63,246 nucleotides of DNA, filler included, from Octopus bimaculoides (GCF_001194135.2; 5 parts of 5 records of this genome joined end to end with filler, not necessarily neighbours in it), one strand, 5' to 3'; numbered from the whole stretch's first letter, positions 1 through 13,237 are shown. The notes: generated from the sequence alone by a model not told the origin. A program made the numbers and translations.

Positions 1-128
1 ATATAAATACATAAATAAACATAGATATATATATCTATATGTATATATAGATTTGTATACGTATATATAATTAAATGTATGTATAGTTATATACATAATT
101 ATATATATATGTATATATACACATAAAA

Positions 129-181
<53 letters not shown>

Positions 182-968
182 ATACTAAATTAAACGTCTA
201 TATGCATATAAGATTAAGCTTATACGTATGTATACGTATATAAAAAAATACGCAACACACACATATATATATATTCACATACACACATACGCATTTAATT
301 TTTCGTTCCAAGTGAACAACAGAAATAAAACATTATCAGTAAAAGATATATAAATATTGAAAATAAGTGGAGAGATAAATAAACACATAGAAGATCGGCG
401 GATTTTGAAAGCCAGACAAATAGAGAAATTAATAACTAAACAAGAGAAAATATTGATTATTATTATTATTATCATTACCATTATTATCATTATTGTTATG
501 ATCATCATCATTGCAGTTGTTGTTGTTGTTATTGTTATCGTTATCATCATTATTATTATTTATTTTTGTTTTTTGAATGTGATTGTATGTTTGTGTTCGT
601 GGATGTGTTTGTGTGTTTTGTCTATTTGTCTTTTTGTTCCGACTTTCTAATCAAGACTTGGATCAATAAAACAATTAGAACGTAATATTTTTGATTAATC
701 TATAAATCACACATTTGATTTCAATAAAAACAAAATGTCTGTCAGCAGATAGATAGATGTACTGACATAGGTTACTTTATACACACAAACACACCACATA
801 TATGAGTGTATATGCGTGCGTGTGTCCATTTGTAGTTATATGTTCGAATGCACGCCTATATATATATATATATATAAACATACACTCACACAAATATATA
901 CATAATCATATACAGAAATATGTATGCGCATATATATCTATGCATTCATACATATGCACACACGCACA

Positions 969-1030
<62 letters not shown>

Positions 1031-1200
1031 TATAACGTGTTCCATATAAATGTAAACGCACAAATACATACGTATACAAATGTACAATTACAAATAAATA
1101 TAAACACACACACACATACGCACCACATACACACCACACCGTGCACACTATACACATGCACATCACAGACACATACACACACAAACACAAAAATACACTC
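1..1200. repeat. Compound (TA)n, (CA)n and (ATT/GTT)n microsatellite region
   Basis: Directly visible; accounts for the low-complexity ORFs here. Confidence 0.95.
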
Positions 1201-2740
1201 ACAAACGCGCGTTAATTCATTAATGTGTTTTGTCTTATATATTTATGGTTTAACTATTGTGATATCAAATCGAAATTTGCTTCCATTATCTCAGTTGACC
1301 AGAAATATTGTGTGATGTAGAGAATTGGTTTGGAATAGCTTGGAATGGCTTTTCATTTTATTTAAATTACTAATCATCATCATTCGTGTGTGGAATGTAT
1401 CTGATCCTCGGTTTCAAATTCTAGTGTTTCAAATTCCGATTCTCTTCTGTACTTAGGGCATCTTGCTGAAGTTATGAATAGAAGCTCGCTCTTATAAGTA
1501 AAATTGGAAGTTTTGTAATGATTCAAAGTCTAACAACTGTTGACATTAGGTAAACGTTATTATGTGTAATCAATAAAGCATCTTAACGATATATTTTCCT
1601 TTTGTTTTTGGTATTTTAACTTGTTACAGCTTTGTTAGGGGTCAATCTTGAGGGTATTTTAGGCAACATATCGATTCAAATACGTATTTACATCCGTCTG
1701 GTATTTATCATAATCGCCTCTCTGCGGAACCACGAAGTTACGAGGACGTAAATAAAACAACACCGGTTGTCAAGCGGTGTAGGGACAAACAAACAACGAA
1801 CGCACACAGCCTAGGTACACAGCCTGGCGATCGCTAAAACAAGGTCAGTCTTACTTAAAACCATGAAACAGTAATTCGCGTTAGTAATACATGGAGATAT
1901 TGCTAAGTGAAGGAGTGAATAATACGTGCGCGGATGCCTGACTAGAGTTCGCATATCATCAATGATACTGGATTGTATCTCTTAGCATCCTACCCATACC
2001 TTGTTCACTGACTACGTTGAACCAGAAAACGAGAGAGAGAGAGAGACCTGTAGAATGAGAATGGTCGCTTCTTTTACAAGATAGTCAGGGAAGGGACGGA
2101 TTAGTGGTCATAATATTTGCAAGCCTCTTTACTGATGAAAGAAGATGAGACAGATCGATAAAGTTGTATATAAGACATCGTACTCAATACATGTCCATTT
2201 TGAGAGGAGGGATAGAACCTATGTGGAGTTGCATTGAGTTGATACAACGGTTAAAAGCAAGAGCCAAATGTCCTTCAAGTTGCACTAAACTGTCCTAAAA
2301 ATGAACAGACATATTTGGATAAAGTAGTCCAAGATATACAATGCTAAATAGAAGGGTGGTGATTACTCGAATATCCTTTAACCATAGGTCTTCTCCCTCA
2401 GACAGAGATAGCTTAGGGCTAAACACCTCTACCACCACTAACTACTATAACAGCAAACTATGAGCCTTTATGCCATCACGTAATCTGCAAAAATAATTGT
2501 CAAATTGTCAAACCTCTCTCAAATTATTCCATTCCATCTCAGATAAAGTGCTCTTTCAAAAATGTAGTCTATGTTATAGAAGAGAAACAAAAAGTAGAAT
2601 AGTCACAACCAGAATACTTTTGGTCGTTAGCTAACCGGGGACAAATAACAACAGCCATATATTTTACATTGTTAGGTATATCGCTATAGGTTTTCTATAA
2701 GAATTCCGAGCCAGTTCTGAAAGTTACGACGTTTCATGTA

Positions 2741-2810
2741 ATGGGTAACGTGTGTGTATATGTATATTTCAAGAGTTATTGCTCTTTCATCAGCAGCAAA
2801 TCCAACCCAT
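2741..2810 (-). ncRNA. Minimal type I hammerhead ribozyme motif, copy 1
   Basis: Minus strand reads CTGATGA-aagag-caataa-ctctt-GAAA-T-ATACAT-A-TA: intact core, 5-bp stem II, AUA cleavage triplet. Proximal stem I is degenerate; distal atgggt/acccat pairs. Confidence 0.65.
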
Positions 2811-3146
2811 CATTATTCGTGTGTAAGATGAATCAGCACAGTCAACCCACGAACGCATTGCTTAACTAGCCACAAAGTTTAGCAATGTAGCACTATTGGA
2901 TATACCAGTTCCTGGTAGCTGGTACGTAATTGGAAGCAAGGACACAGTACTTCGTTTTGCAACAGCAATATACTACGAAGTACATTAAAGATTTACAAGT
3001 CAGTACTATGTCTAGAGTCAGCAGTACAATGTGTTCATTTTAAAGCTTATCTCTAGCGATTCTCTATAGAATTCACTGCCAGCGCTGAAAGTTACATTTC
3101 GAATACGAATATGTCCATGTGAACAAAGCAATCACAAAACAAAAAG

Positions 3147-3201
3147 TAATGGGTGTACATGCATATTTCAAGAATTAATCCTCTTTCATCAGCACTACAT
3201 T
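3147..3201 (-). ncRNA. Minimal type I hammerhead ribozyme motif, copy 2
   Basis: Minus strand reads aatgtagtg-CTGATGA-aaga-ggattaat-tctt-GAAA-T-ATGCAT-G-TA|cacccatt: intact core, 4-bp stem II, palindromic stem III loop, GUA triplet, stem I gtg/cac plus aatg/catt. Confidence 0.75.
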
Positions 3202-3959
3202 TATCACCTATCCACAAATGCATTGCTAAAATAGCCACTAAGTTTGGTGGTGTAACACTGTTGGATAGACCGATTTACATATTCCTGGCAACCTGTACGT
3301 AATATTTTGCTTGAGTGACATATACAGGGCTGAGCCACAATTAATACTGCTTTATTTAACATTAATTATACAACAGACAAACTGTATTCAGGTTAGGGCA
3401 GAAGTCTCTTGTATGCCATTCTCACAGAAAGTCACAACTCCTCTTTCTTAAGTACAATATTTCCACAGCAATATTAAATATATGTTTATTAGGCGTATTT
3501 TACACCTGAAATTGTGTATCTACGTATATGTACGTATGCGTGTGTATGTACGTATGCGTCTGTATGTACGTATGCGTGTGTATGTACGTATGCGTGTGTA
3601 TGTACGTATGCGCGTGTATGTGTGTATGTACGTATGAACGATAAAACCACAGCCGTTATTCATAAGCAAGTTTGACCCAAAAGCTTGTATTATGCTCCTA
3701 TTAATTGTTTTAAATGACTTTGTAGTTGCGAGCAAAGACAAACTCGTGGCATCAAGGTTGAATCCGGGGAAACATCCAGAACATGTCTGCAGGAGAGTTA
3801 GAGGTTATTACAGCACCCAATGTGTTCTTATTTTTAGCGGAGTATAATGGAGCAATATTGAAATGAATTGCCTTGATCGAAGACGCAGCGAGTCATTTGG
3901 TCCAGGAACCCCTACTATCATCAGCCAAAGAGCTCATCGACAAGGCCACTTGTCTTCTC

Positions 3960-4010
<51 letters not shown>

Positions 4011-4588
4011 CTCTATCACACACACAAATACTTGCATATCTGTACATACACGTGCAAACACGCACACGCATGCAAATATACACACATACCTGATAGATGC
4101 AGTATTGTCGAATGCTTAGAAGTTTACTTTGTAGCCATGATTCCCGGCCTGGATGCCAAGGTGGAATTTTGGACTGATGTTCTTCCATATAACCTTGGAC
4201 CGATCTGTACCTTGAATGAGAAGGAGAATATGTAGAAGCACGTGGGGTGAATCGTGACTGTAATTTACACACATTATCTACTGCAGAATTAGGTTAAGAG
4301 TACACGTGTCTGTGGAATACTCAGCCACTTACAGGCTGATTCAGGAAAGAGAAAAATTCGATTGAAAGAACAACTGAATCCTCATTCTCGAATGACAGAG
4401 ATCCGGTGATCCACCAAACCAACAACCAACTACACAAGCAGACATACACACATACATTTACATACTCAGATATACACACGCACACGCGCACGCACACACG
4501 TGCACACACGCACACACACACACACACATTTACATATACAAATATAGAAACGCACGCGCACACACACACTTACACAAACACACACACG

Positions 4589-4622
<34 letters not shown>

Positions 4623-5073
4623 GAGTAAAAGACTGATAGCAAAGAGTATGGATAAGATAAACAGCAGCATTTCGATATATTTTGGTCGGTCTGAATTTAG
4701 TAGCAAAATTTCATTGAGTTACAATTTGATTTGCACCCTCTGTAATCATTTNNNNNNNNNNNNNNNNNNNNNNNNNNNNNNNNNNNNNNNNNNNNNNNNN
4801 NNNNNNNNNNNNNNNNNNNNNNNNNNNNNNNNNNNNNNNNNNNNNNNNNNNNNNNNNNNNNNNNNNNNNNNNNNNNNNNNNNNNNNNNNNNNNNNNNNNN
4901 NNNNNNNNNNNNNNNNNNNNNNNNNNNNNNNNNNNNNNNNNNNNNNNNNNNNNNNNNNNNNNNNNNNNNNNNNNNNNNNNNNNNNNNNNNNNNNNNNNNN
5001 NNNNNNNNNNNNNNNNNNNNNNNNNNNNNNNNNNNNNNNNNNNNNNNNNNNNNNNNNNNNNNNNNNNNNNNNN

Positions 5074-5126
<53 letters not shown>

Positions 5127-5261
5127 ATATATATATGTAAATATATATATATACACGCATACATATACGTACACAGATATATACTATATCAATTTTACAC
5201 ACATATATATGTGTGTGTTTGTGTGTGTTTGTGTGTGTTTGTGTGTGTGTGTGTATGTTTG

Positions 5262-5292
<31 letters not shown>

Positions 5293-6803
5293 TTGTTTGT
5301 GTGTGTGTTTGTGTGTGTGTTTGTGTGTGTGTGTTTGTGTGTGTGTGTGTTTGTGTGTGTGTGTCTCTCTCTCTCTCTCTGTGTTTGTGTGTGTGTGTGT
5401 GTATGTGTGTGTATGTGTGTGTTTGTGTGTGAATAAGCAGGTATATATGTATAAAATATTTTGCAAGATTAAGTGAGACGATATTAGGAAAAGTAAAACA
5501 GAGACAGCGGCATCGACAACACTAGGAGCAGCAACGGTAAGAATGCGATAGTAATTTAGTTAGAGACACTTCAATTATGTATATAGCATTAAAGGGTGAC
5601 AGAAGAGATATTTCAGCCACCAAGTATAAAATATTACTAAAAATGGTCGTCTGTTTATTTGGGTTGGGACCGAAGGCAGACGATGGAAGAAAGAGAGAAA
5701 GAAAGCAAAATGTTTAGTTAAAAGAAAAGAGGGAGAGTCGAAGAAATGTTTTTTGAAGGAAAGCGTAGGAAAGAGAGTGGGAGAGGGGGGAGGGAGAGAG
5801 AGAGGAAGAGAGAGAGAGGGAGAGAGAGAGAGGGAGAGAGAGGAAGANNNNNNNNNNNNNNNNNNNNNNNNNNNNNNNNNNNNNNNNNNNNNNNNNNNNN
5901 NNNNNNNNNNNNNNNNNNNNNNNNNNNNNNNNNNNNNNNNNNNNNNNNNNNNNNNNNNNNNNNNNNNNNNNNNNNNNNNNNNNNNNNNNNNNNNNNNNNN
6001 NNNNNNNNNNNNNNNNNNNNNNNNNNNNNNNNNNNNNNNNNNNNNNNNNNNNNNNNNNNNNNNNNNNNNNNNNNNNNNNNNNNNNNNNNNNNNNNNNNNN
6101 NNNNNNNNNNNNNNNNNNNNNNNNNNNNNNNNNNNNNNNNNNNNNNNNNNNNNNNNNNNNNNNNNNNNNNNNNNNNNNNNNNNNNNNNNNNNNNNNNNNN
6201 NNNNNNNNNNNNNNNNNNNNNNNNNNNNNNNNNNNNNNNNNNNNNNNNNNNNNNNNNNNNNNNNNNNNNNNNNNNNNNNNNNNNNNNNNNNNNNNNNNNN
6301 NNNNNNNNNNNNNNNNNNNNNNNNNNNNNNNNNNNNNNNNNNNNNNNNNNNNNNNNNNNNNNNNNNNNNNNNNNNNNNNNNNNNNNNNNNNNNNNNNNNN
6401 NNNNNNNNNNNNNNNNNNNNNNNNNNNNNNNNNNNNNNNNNNNNNNNNNNNNNNNNNNNNNNNNNNNNNNNNNNNNNNNNNNNNNNNNNNNNNNNNNNNN
6501 NNNNNNNNNNNNNNNNNNNNNNNNNNNNNNNNNNNNNNNNNNGGGAGAGAGAGGGAGGGAGAGAGAGGGAGGGAGAGAGAGGGGGAGGGGTGATTTTGCA
6601 TTTCTAAAGACAATGATGACTTTCGGTGTTGTCTTCTCTTAGTAACATTTTTAGCTTACTTTACACAGCCAAGCGTGAACATATATACATACATACATAC
6701 ATACATGCATACATACGTACATACATGCATGTATACTTACGCACACACGCACACACGCACATACACACACACGCACATACACACACACGCACACATATAT
6801 ATC

Positions 6804-6839
<36 letters not shown>

Positions 6840-7239
6840 CGCGCACTGTGTGTGTCTGTGTACACCGAAGTATGTACATACCTTTGCAGAAATAAAAATG
6901 TTTTTACGCATGTTTTAAACGAGATTCGAAACTTTTGTTGAAAAAGAAAAAATATTTTTGTTACAAGCAAAACAACTTCATAACACAAACAATTACACCA
7001 AAAGTAGCAGGAACAACAACAATTACAACAACAACAACAACAACAAGAGGAATATAAGTAACATGAAATGTTAACAACAACAGGAACAACAAACATATTT
7101 ATTGTCATATCAATCATTTCACAGATATGTTTTGCATTCAAAGACACAACCAAACATGGATCTATCATTCTATCTAACTATAAAAAAATAAAACAAAAAG
7201 GTAAAAGAGAGTCACTTACTGTTATAGTTTCTTCAATGA

Positions 7240-7560
7240 GAATATTGACCAAGGTTACCGTGGTCTTTTCCGTGGGCTTTTCCTTCCACGGCTAAACCTA
7301 AACTGTCCTCCCCTCTTTTTACACGAGAACATTACTGTGTGATACACGATCCCTATTGATCGGCCTTTCCTTTTCTTTTGTTTTTCGATCCCTTTTGATC
7401 GAACTGCCCCTTTTTCCCTTCCTACGATCCCTTTTGATCGACACCACCAATTTTTTTTTTTTTTTTTTTTTTTTTTCCTTCCTTCCCCCTCCCAAAAAGA
7501 AAAGCTCTACATTGTATTTGTCCCATCTTCGTTGAGCCCTGTGTGGCTAATAAAAGAAAT
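7240..7560 (+). mobile_element. Probable 3' UTR/tail of a non-LTR retroelement with iterated GATC hairpins
   Basis: Three CGATC-N6-GATCG motifs, a T-rich run, and an AATAAA-containing end. Family assignment is from recall only. Confidence 0.35.
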
Positions 7561-7709
7561 GTATCTGTCTGTCTGTCTATATATACCTGTATCTCTCTCT
7601 AGTGTGTAAGTGTGAATGAGACAGATTTACATACATACAGAAAATGTTTCTGACTGTGTACCAACATAATTATCATCGCCGCAAGCAAAGTTTCTTTACG
7701 ATGTACCTA

Positions 7710-7850
7710 CAGGAGTGGCTGTGTGACAGGCGCAGGAGTGGCTGTGTGGTAATTAGCTTCGTTGCCAACCACATGGTTCCAGGTTCAGTCCCACTGGCGG
7801 AAATCAAAATGACTGAAACAAATAAAAGGATAAAAGAATAAAAGAACATT
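7710..7850 (+). mobile_element. Internally deleted tRNA-derived SINE (family A), head fused to tail
   Basis: Head caggagtggctgtgtggt...ggttcagtcccactg joined directly to tail caaaatgactgaaacaaataaaag; 5' end duplicated. Confidence 0.75.
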
Positions 7851-7912
7851 TACGTACATTTATGTGCATAAATACATGCATACACATATACACACTCTTG
7901 CACTTTTATACA

Positions 7913-8122
7913 GGCGGCGAGCTGGCAGAAACGTGAGCATGCCGGGCGAAATGCTTAGCGGTATTTCGTCTGCCGCTACGTTCTAAGTTCAAATTCCACC
8001 GAGGTCGACTTTGCCTTTCCTTATTTCGGAGTCGATTAAATAAGTACCAGTTACGCACTGGGGTCGATATAATCGACTTAATCCGTTTGTCTGTCCTTGT
8101 TTGTCCCCGCTGTGTGTAGCAT
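7913..8122 (+). mobile_element. tRNA-derived SINE (family B) with 18-bp target-site duplication
   Basis: Head GGCGGCGAGCTGGCAGAA, B-box-like GAGTTCAAATTC variant; direct repeat actcttgcacttttatac at 7894-7911 and 8123-8140. Confidence 0.85.
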
Positions 8123-8609
8123 ACTCTTGCACTTTTATACGTAGAACGCGCATTCATACTTTTATACGTAGAATGCGCATTGATATGTATGTATGTATGT
8201 ATGTATGTATCTATCTATCTATTTATCTATTAATCTAGCTATCCATTAATGTATATATATATATATCCTCTCGTTGCTCACTTTTATTCTACTTCCTCCC
8301 CTCCTTTTCCCTCTGCTACTCTTTCTCTTCACACAGCCTTGGTCACGTGTGTCCGCCTGCTATTTCTTTTCGTTCTTGGAATCACTAAGCTCGCACGTAC
8401 TTCTTTGCCCCTCCTGTACGTGCTTCACAGCGTTCAAGACATACACACTTCACGTCTGGCTGTACAGCCTTTTTGTTTGTTTATTTCACCGTTTCGTTTT
8501 CCTGTCTTGTTTTCCGTCCGCCACTACCCTCCACGAAAACAATTTAATTTGTGTTCGTGGGAAGAACCATTTTAACGATGCGTACTGCCTTAATTCTTCG
8601 AAACGCCAG

Positions 8610-8709
8610 NNNNNNNNNNNNNNNNNNNNNNNNNNNNNNNNNNNNNNNNNNNNTTAATTAATTAANNNNNNNNNNNNNNNNNNNNNNNNNNNNNNNNNNN
8701 NNNNNNNNN
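8610..8709. other. Synthetic scaffold linker N44-TTAATTAATTAA-N44
   Basis: Exactly 100 bp; the 12-mer places stops in all six frames; four identical blocks in the window. Confidence 0.95.
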
Positions 8710-9480
8710 TATATATCTTTACTTCATTTTATTGAAATTTTATTTCTAAGTATCATTTCACTATCTGACACTAATTCTTATTTCCCTTATTGTATCAATC
8801 AATCATTTAAGAAACAATTATTTTTCTTTGTATAAATAAGTTCTAATAGTGTTTTTATTTGTCTTGGTTTCTTTCTTTCTTTGTCGCCACCCTGTTCTTT
8901 TGAACCTATCTTATATACAGCCGCCTCATAGGACTTCCTTCTTTAATTCGTTTCGTTTTCGCTTCCAATCTTTAAGTTTGAACTAATATCTACCTTTACG
9001 AATACACTTAAAATCTAATTTAACATTAAGAATAGACAGAAAACCTAATTATGTGCAATATCTCTCCTACAGCCAAGTTGTGTTGACAAATAAAACAAGG
9101 TACTGTAATCGTATTTTAAACCAAACATAAAGATCCCTTTCAATTAATGCAGATATTATCAGCAAAACATCAACCTTTTGTGTAATCTTATTCCACATTT
9201 TCAAGGAATTTGTAAGCCTGTCTGAGAAAAAGGCATCACTGATGTCTGAATAAAAAGCAAGAAAATGTCATACATTTGGGATAGATTTTTAGAGAGAAGC
9301 GAGTCCTAGGCATATAGAAATTTAACTCGTCCTGGTGTACATATAATTGAATTGCAAACACCGTATGCAAAGAAGAGCTTCGAGGCCATAATATGTAGTG
9401 TCGGAGATAGGTCTCTTAGTTTCGAAAGAGATTCATCTCCTACTCCTTGTTTTCTGTATTTGAGTACAATTCACATATAA

Positions 9481-9818
9481 TTACAGTCCATTTTCCTCCA
9501 AATCCTTCGTTTTAACTTGGATTCCAGCAATAAAATATGGCTTAAACTTAGTCTTCATTTCTCTTAAACCATCTGATATATCTTTCTTTCTTGCAACTTG
9601 GCTTTCAATTATTTGTCTATGATCACGTATAATGTCTTCACCGCACATTATGCCCTTAGTAAATCGAACGGTTCCTTCAGTGAAATCGCCTGTGTGAATG
9701 GGTTCTCGTACACCTTTATCATGATTAATACATAACCCCCTAAAAATATGGAAATATTCTTTCTCATCACCAAATCTAATATATGACAAACCTCTTTTTC
9801 TACATCTGCTTATGTGAC
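9481..9818 (-). CDS. Candidate coding exon of an unidentified ~117-aa protein
   Basis: Non-repetitive open frame (GHISRCRKRGLSYIRFGDEKEYFHIF...EENGL*) starting at acceptor ttttgctgatAG|G. Phase matches the upstream exon. No family recognised. Confidence 0.5.
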
Positions 9819-10057
9819 CTATCAGCAAAATTATCTTACGAACTTTAACTGACCTGATATTTTACACGTTAGTAATAATGTTTGCTTTACGTAAGCGTAG
9901 TTAACTACTGCTTACTGAAAATGTAAGGAAACAAATTATGATTTGTGCATCGTTTTGCATTTAAAATTCTCTCAACAACTAAAATATTTTCATGCATTTC
10001 AATTCTGCTATAAAAGGTTCTCTATCATCATTCATAATTTTTATAAACACAACTCAC

Positions 10058-10167
10058 CTGCCTTATCTTCCATTCTTAATCAATATTGCATCCACTTAAA
10101 TGATCCCTGATTCTTTTATTTTGTTACTCCTCTGCCTGGCATAAAATAAACCCTACGGTTGCAACGC
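10058..10167 (-). CDS. Candidate exon with 5' UTR and start codon (coding part 10073-10058, MEDKA-G)
   Basis: Acceptor ttttgcattatcAG, donor CAG|GTGAGT. A 239-nt intron joins it in frame to 9818. An in-frame TGA lies upstream of the ATG. Confidence 0.5.
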
Positions 10168-10917
10168 CTGATAATGCAAAACAATATGACTGATATTGTG
10201 TAAAATCTTTTATGTTGTAAACATATTCGTCTGACACACTAATAATATTAAATATTAAATATAGAAGCACTAATTCTTAGAGGCCATAAAAACACATACA
10301 CACTGTCACGTGCATGGCAAAGAGGAGTTTACGAAGCAACTGTCACAACATTGCTACGTCATTCATTAAACATAATACACATATTTTAGTACCAGAAATT
10401 ACATTACTATTGAACAGTTAACAGTATTCAAAAAATAGTAGCCCGTGCATTCTGCTTAAGGGCAATTCTAAATCGATATTTTGTTTAGAAATAAGCTACT
10501 AATGAAGACGCCTTCATGTACATCTAAAGGGGAAAACGAATAACTGTTTGACCAGATTTCAAACAACTGTAAACAACTACCACCAAAATCAATGCTTTGT
10601 GTCTTTGCTGGTTTTACCGTTTGACTGCAATATGCAAACAATTGATTTTGGACTCCAAGTTATATATCAGCATTGTCACTTTCACATACTTGTCCCAGAA
10701 CAAACACTGTATTAGTTACTTATTTACAAACTATACCTCTCTAATTCCTATCCTTTTCACATTATCCCTATACACGTATCCTTATCACGATTTATCAATT
10801 TGTTCCAGAAATTACAGTACCTCAATCGCTGAGGAGACTAAAACAATACAAAATGATATAAATACATACTTTTCTTCGCATGTATGCATGTGTTTATACA
10901 TACATACATATACATAC

Positions 10918-10959
<42 letters not shown>

Positions 10960-13005
10960 ATATCTATCTATATAAATATATATATANNNNNNNNNNNNNN
11001 NNNNNNNNNNNNNNNNNNNNNNNNNNNNNNNNNNNNNNNNNNNNNNNNNNNNNNNNNNNNNNNNNNNNNNNNNNNNNNNNNNNNNNNNNNNNNNNNNNNN
11101 NNNNNNNNNNNNNNNNNNNNNNNNNNNNNNNNNNNNNNNNNNNNNNNNNNNNNNNNNNNNNNNNNNNNNNNNNNNNNNNNNNNNNNNNNNNNNNNNNNNN
11201 NNNNNNNNNNNNNNNNNNNNNNNNNNNNNNNNNNNNNNNNNNNNNNNNNNNNNNNNNNNNNNNNNNNNNNNNNNNNNNNNNNNNNNNNNNNNNNNNNNNN
11301 NNNNNNNNNNNNNNNNNNNNNNNNNNNNNNNNNNNNNNNNNNNNNNNNNNNNNNNNNNNNNNNNNNNNNNNNNNNNNNNNNNNNNNNNNNNNNNNNNNNN
11401 NNNNNNNNNNNNNNNNNNNNNNNNNNNNNNNNNNNNNNNNNNNNNNNNNNNNNNNNNNNNNNNNNNNNNNNNNNNNNNNNNNNNNNNNNNNNNNNNNNNN
11501 NNNNNNNNNNNNNNNNNNNNNNNNNNNNNNNNNNNNNNNNNNNNNNNNNNNNNNNNNNNNNNNNNNNNNNNNNNNNNNNNNNNNNNNNNNNNNNNNNNNN
11601 NNNNNNNNNNNNNNNNNNNNNNNNNNNNNNNNNNNNNNNNNNNNNNNNNNNNNNNNNNNNNNNNNNNNNNNNNNNNNNNNNNNNNNNNNNNNNNNNNNNN
11701 NNNNNNNNNNNNNNNNNNNNNNNNNNNNNNNNNNNNNNNNNNNNNNNNNNNNNNNNNNNNNNNNNNNNNNNNNNNNNNNNNNNNNNNNNNNNNNNNNNNN
11801 NNNNNNNNNNNNNNNNNNNNNNNNNNNNNNNNNNNNNNNNNNNNNNNNNNNNNNNNNNNNNNNNNNNNNNNNNNNNNNNNNNNNNNNNNNNNNNNNNNNN
11901 NNNNNNNNNNNNNNNNNNNNNNNNNNNNNNNNNNNNNNNNNNNNNNNNNNNNNNNNNNNNNNNNNNNNNNNNNATATATATATATATATATATATATAAT
12001 TTTTTTATATCTATATCTGTCTATGCACACTCAAAAATATATATATGTTCTTCTTAATGACCCTATGAATAGCTATAAACTTTATCTTTATACAATATAT
12101 CAACATTGTTTTAAAACATTTAACTATAGTACTACACGTAACACTTCTCCTGTTTCATTATCAATGGTCTGGTAGTGGGGACGCCCCCACCTTAGTTCTC
12201 AGGGAACATCAAGTTTTCCTTTACCAAACTTCATGATTTTATGGCTATACCAACCATGATTTCTGTCTCTTCTCTCACCACTACTAACAGAGAATGCCGT
12301 TTATTCTTTCAAGCCTTAGATATACAAGGTTTGATAAACTAGTCTATAAATTAAAACTAAAGAAACAAACAAAATCAGTGACAGGCAGAGTCTTCTTGAC
12401 GTTTTATTTAACAACTTTTATGTTGTAGTTGAAGCAACATATTCTTTGTCTATCTCCATAATTTCTTTGAGATTTTAGGTATAATTATACGTGTGTCCAT
12501 CTGTTCTAATATAATTAAATTCTATGTCTTTGTGCAGGTAAGGATTGCTCTGCATTTTAAATTGATGTAATGATTACATTGTTCAATTAAATGGAGTTGC
12601 ACGACACAATCGTACTGCATTACTTCTGAATATCCTTGTTGCTTATATATATATATATATATATATATNNNNNNNNNNNNNNNNNNNNNNNNNNNNNNNN
12701 NNNNNNNNNNNNNNNNNNNNNNNNNNNNNNNNNNNNNNNNNNNNNNNNNNNNNNNNNNNNNNNNNNNNNNNNNNNNNNNNNNNNNNNNNNNNNNNNNNNN
12801 NNNNNNNNNNNNNNNNNNNNNNNNNNNNNNNNNNNNNNNNNNNNNNNNNNNNNNNNNNNNNNNNNNNNNNNNNNNNNNNNNNNNNNNNNNNNNNNNNNNN
12901 NNNNNNNNNNNNNNNNNNNNNNNNNNNNNNNNNNNNNNNNNNNNNNNNNNNNNNNNNNNNNNNNNNNNNNNNNNNNNNNNNNNNNNNNNNNNNNNNNNNN
13001 NNNNN

Positions 13006-13066
<61 letters not shown>

Positions 13067-13237
13067 GTGTCTGTGTCTCTGTGTGTGTATGATATGAAGA
13101 AGTTTAAGACCAGGTGATTTAATCCATAAACTTGACTCCGATTTGCGATGAATTTAAAGAAGTATATGCATGATACATTAAAAGTATATAAATGCATAGA
13201 CATATTTAAAAGATCTATAAATAACAAAATAACAATT

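Larger units (their letters stand above)
2690..3305. repeat. Diverged tandem duplication, period about 370-400 nt, one hammerhead per unit
   Basis: Aligned blocks between ~2690-2935 and ~3060-3305, e.g. ctata(a)gaattc..ctgaaagttac, gtaatgggt, tttcaaga..ctctttcatcag, gcattgct..tagccac.aagttt, ttggata, ttcctgg..gtacgtaat. Confidence 0.85.

Noticed and set aside
2131-2160. CTGATGA motif on the plus strand
   Set aside because: No stem II closing onto a GAAA.
2794-3292. Plus-strand duplicated exon reading (ctctttcatcAG ... GTACGT; 102-nt open frame in copy 2)
   Set aside because: Copy 1 has stops, and the apparently conserved acceptor is the reverse complement of the hammerhead core and stem II.
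9453-9483. 31-nt GT-AG micro-intron that would extend the orphan ORF by ~50 aa
   Set aside because: Too short for a typical spliceosomal intron and lacks a pyrimidine tract.
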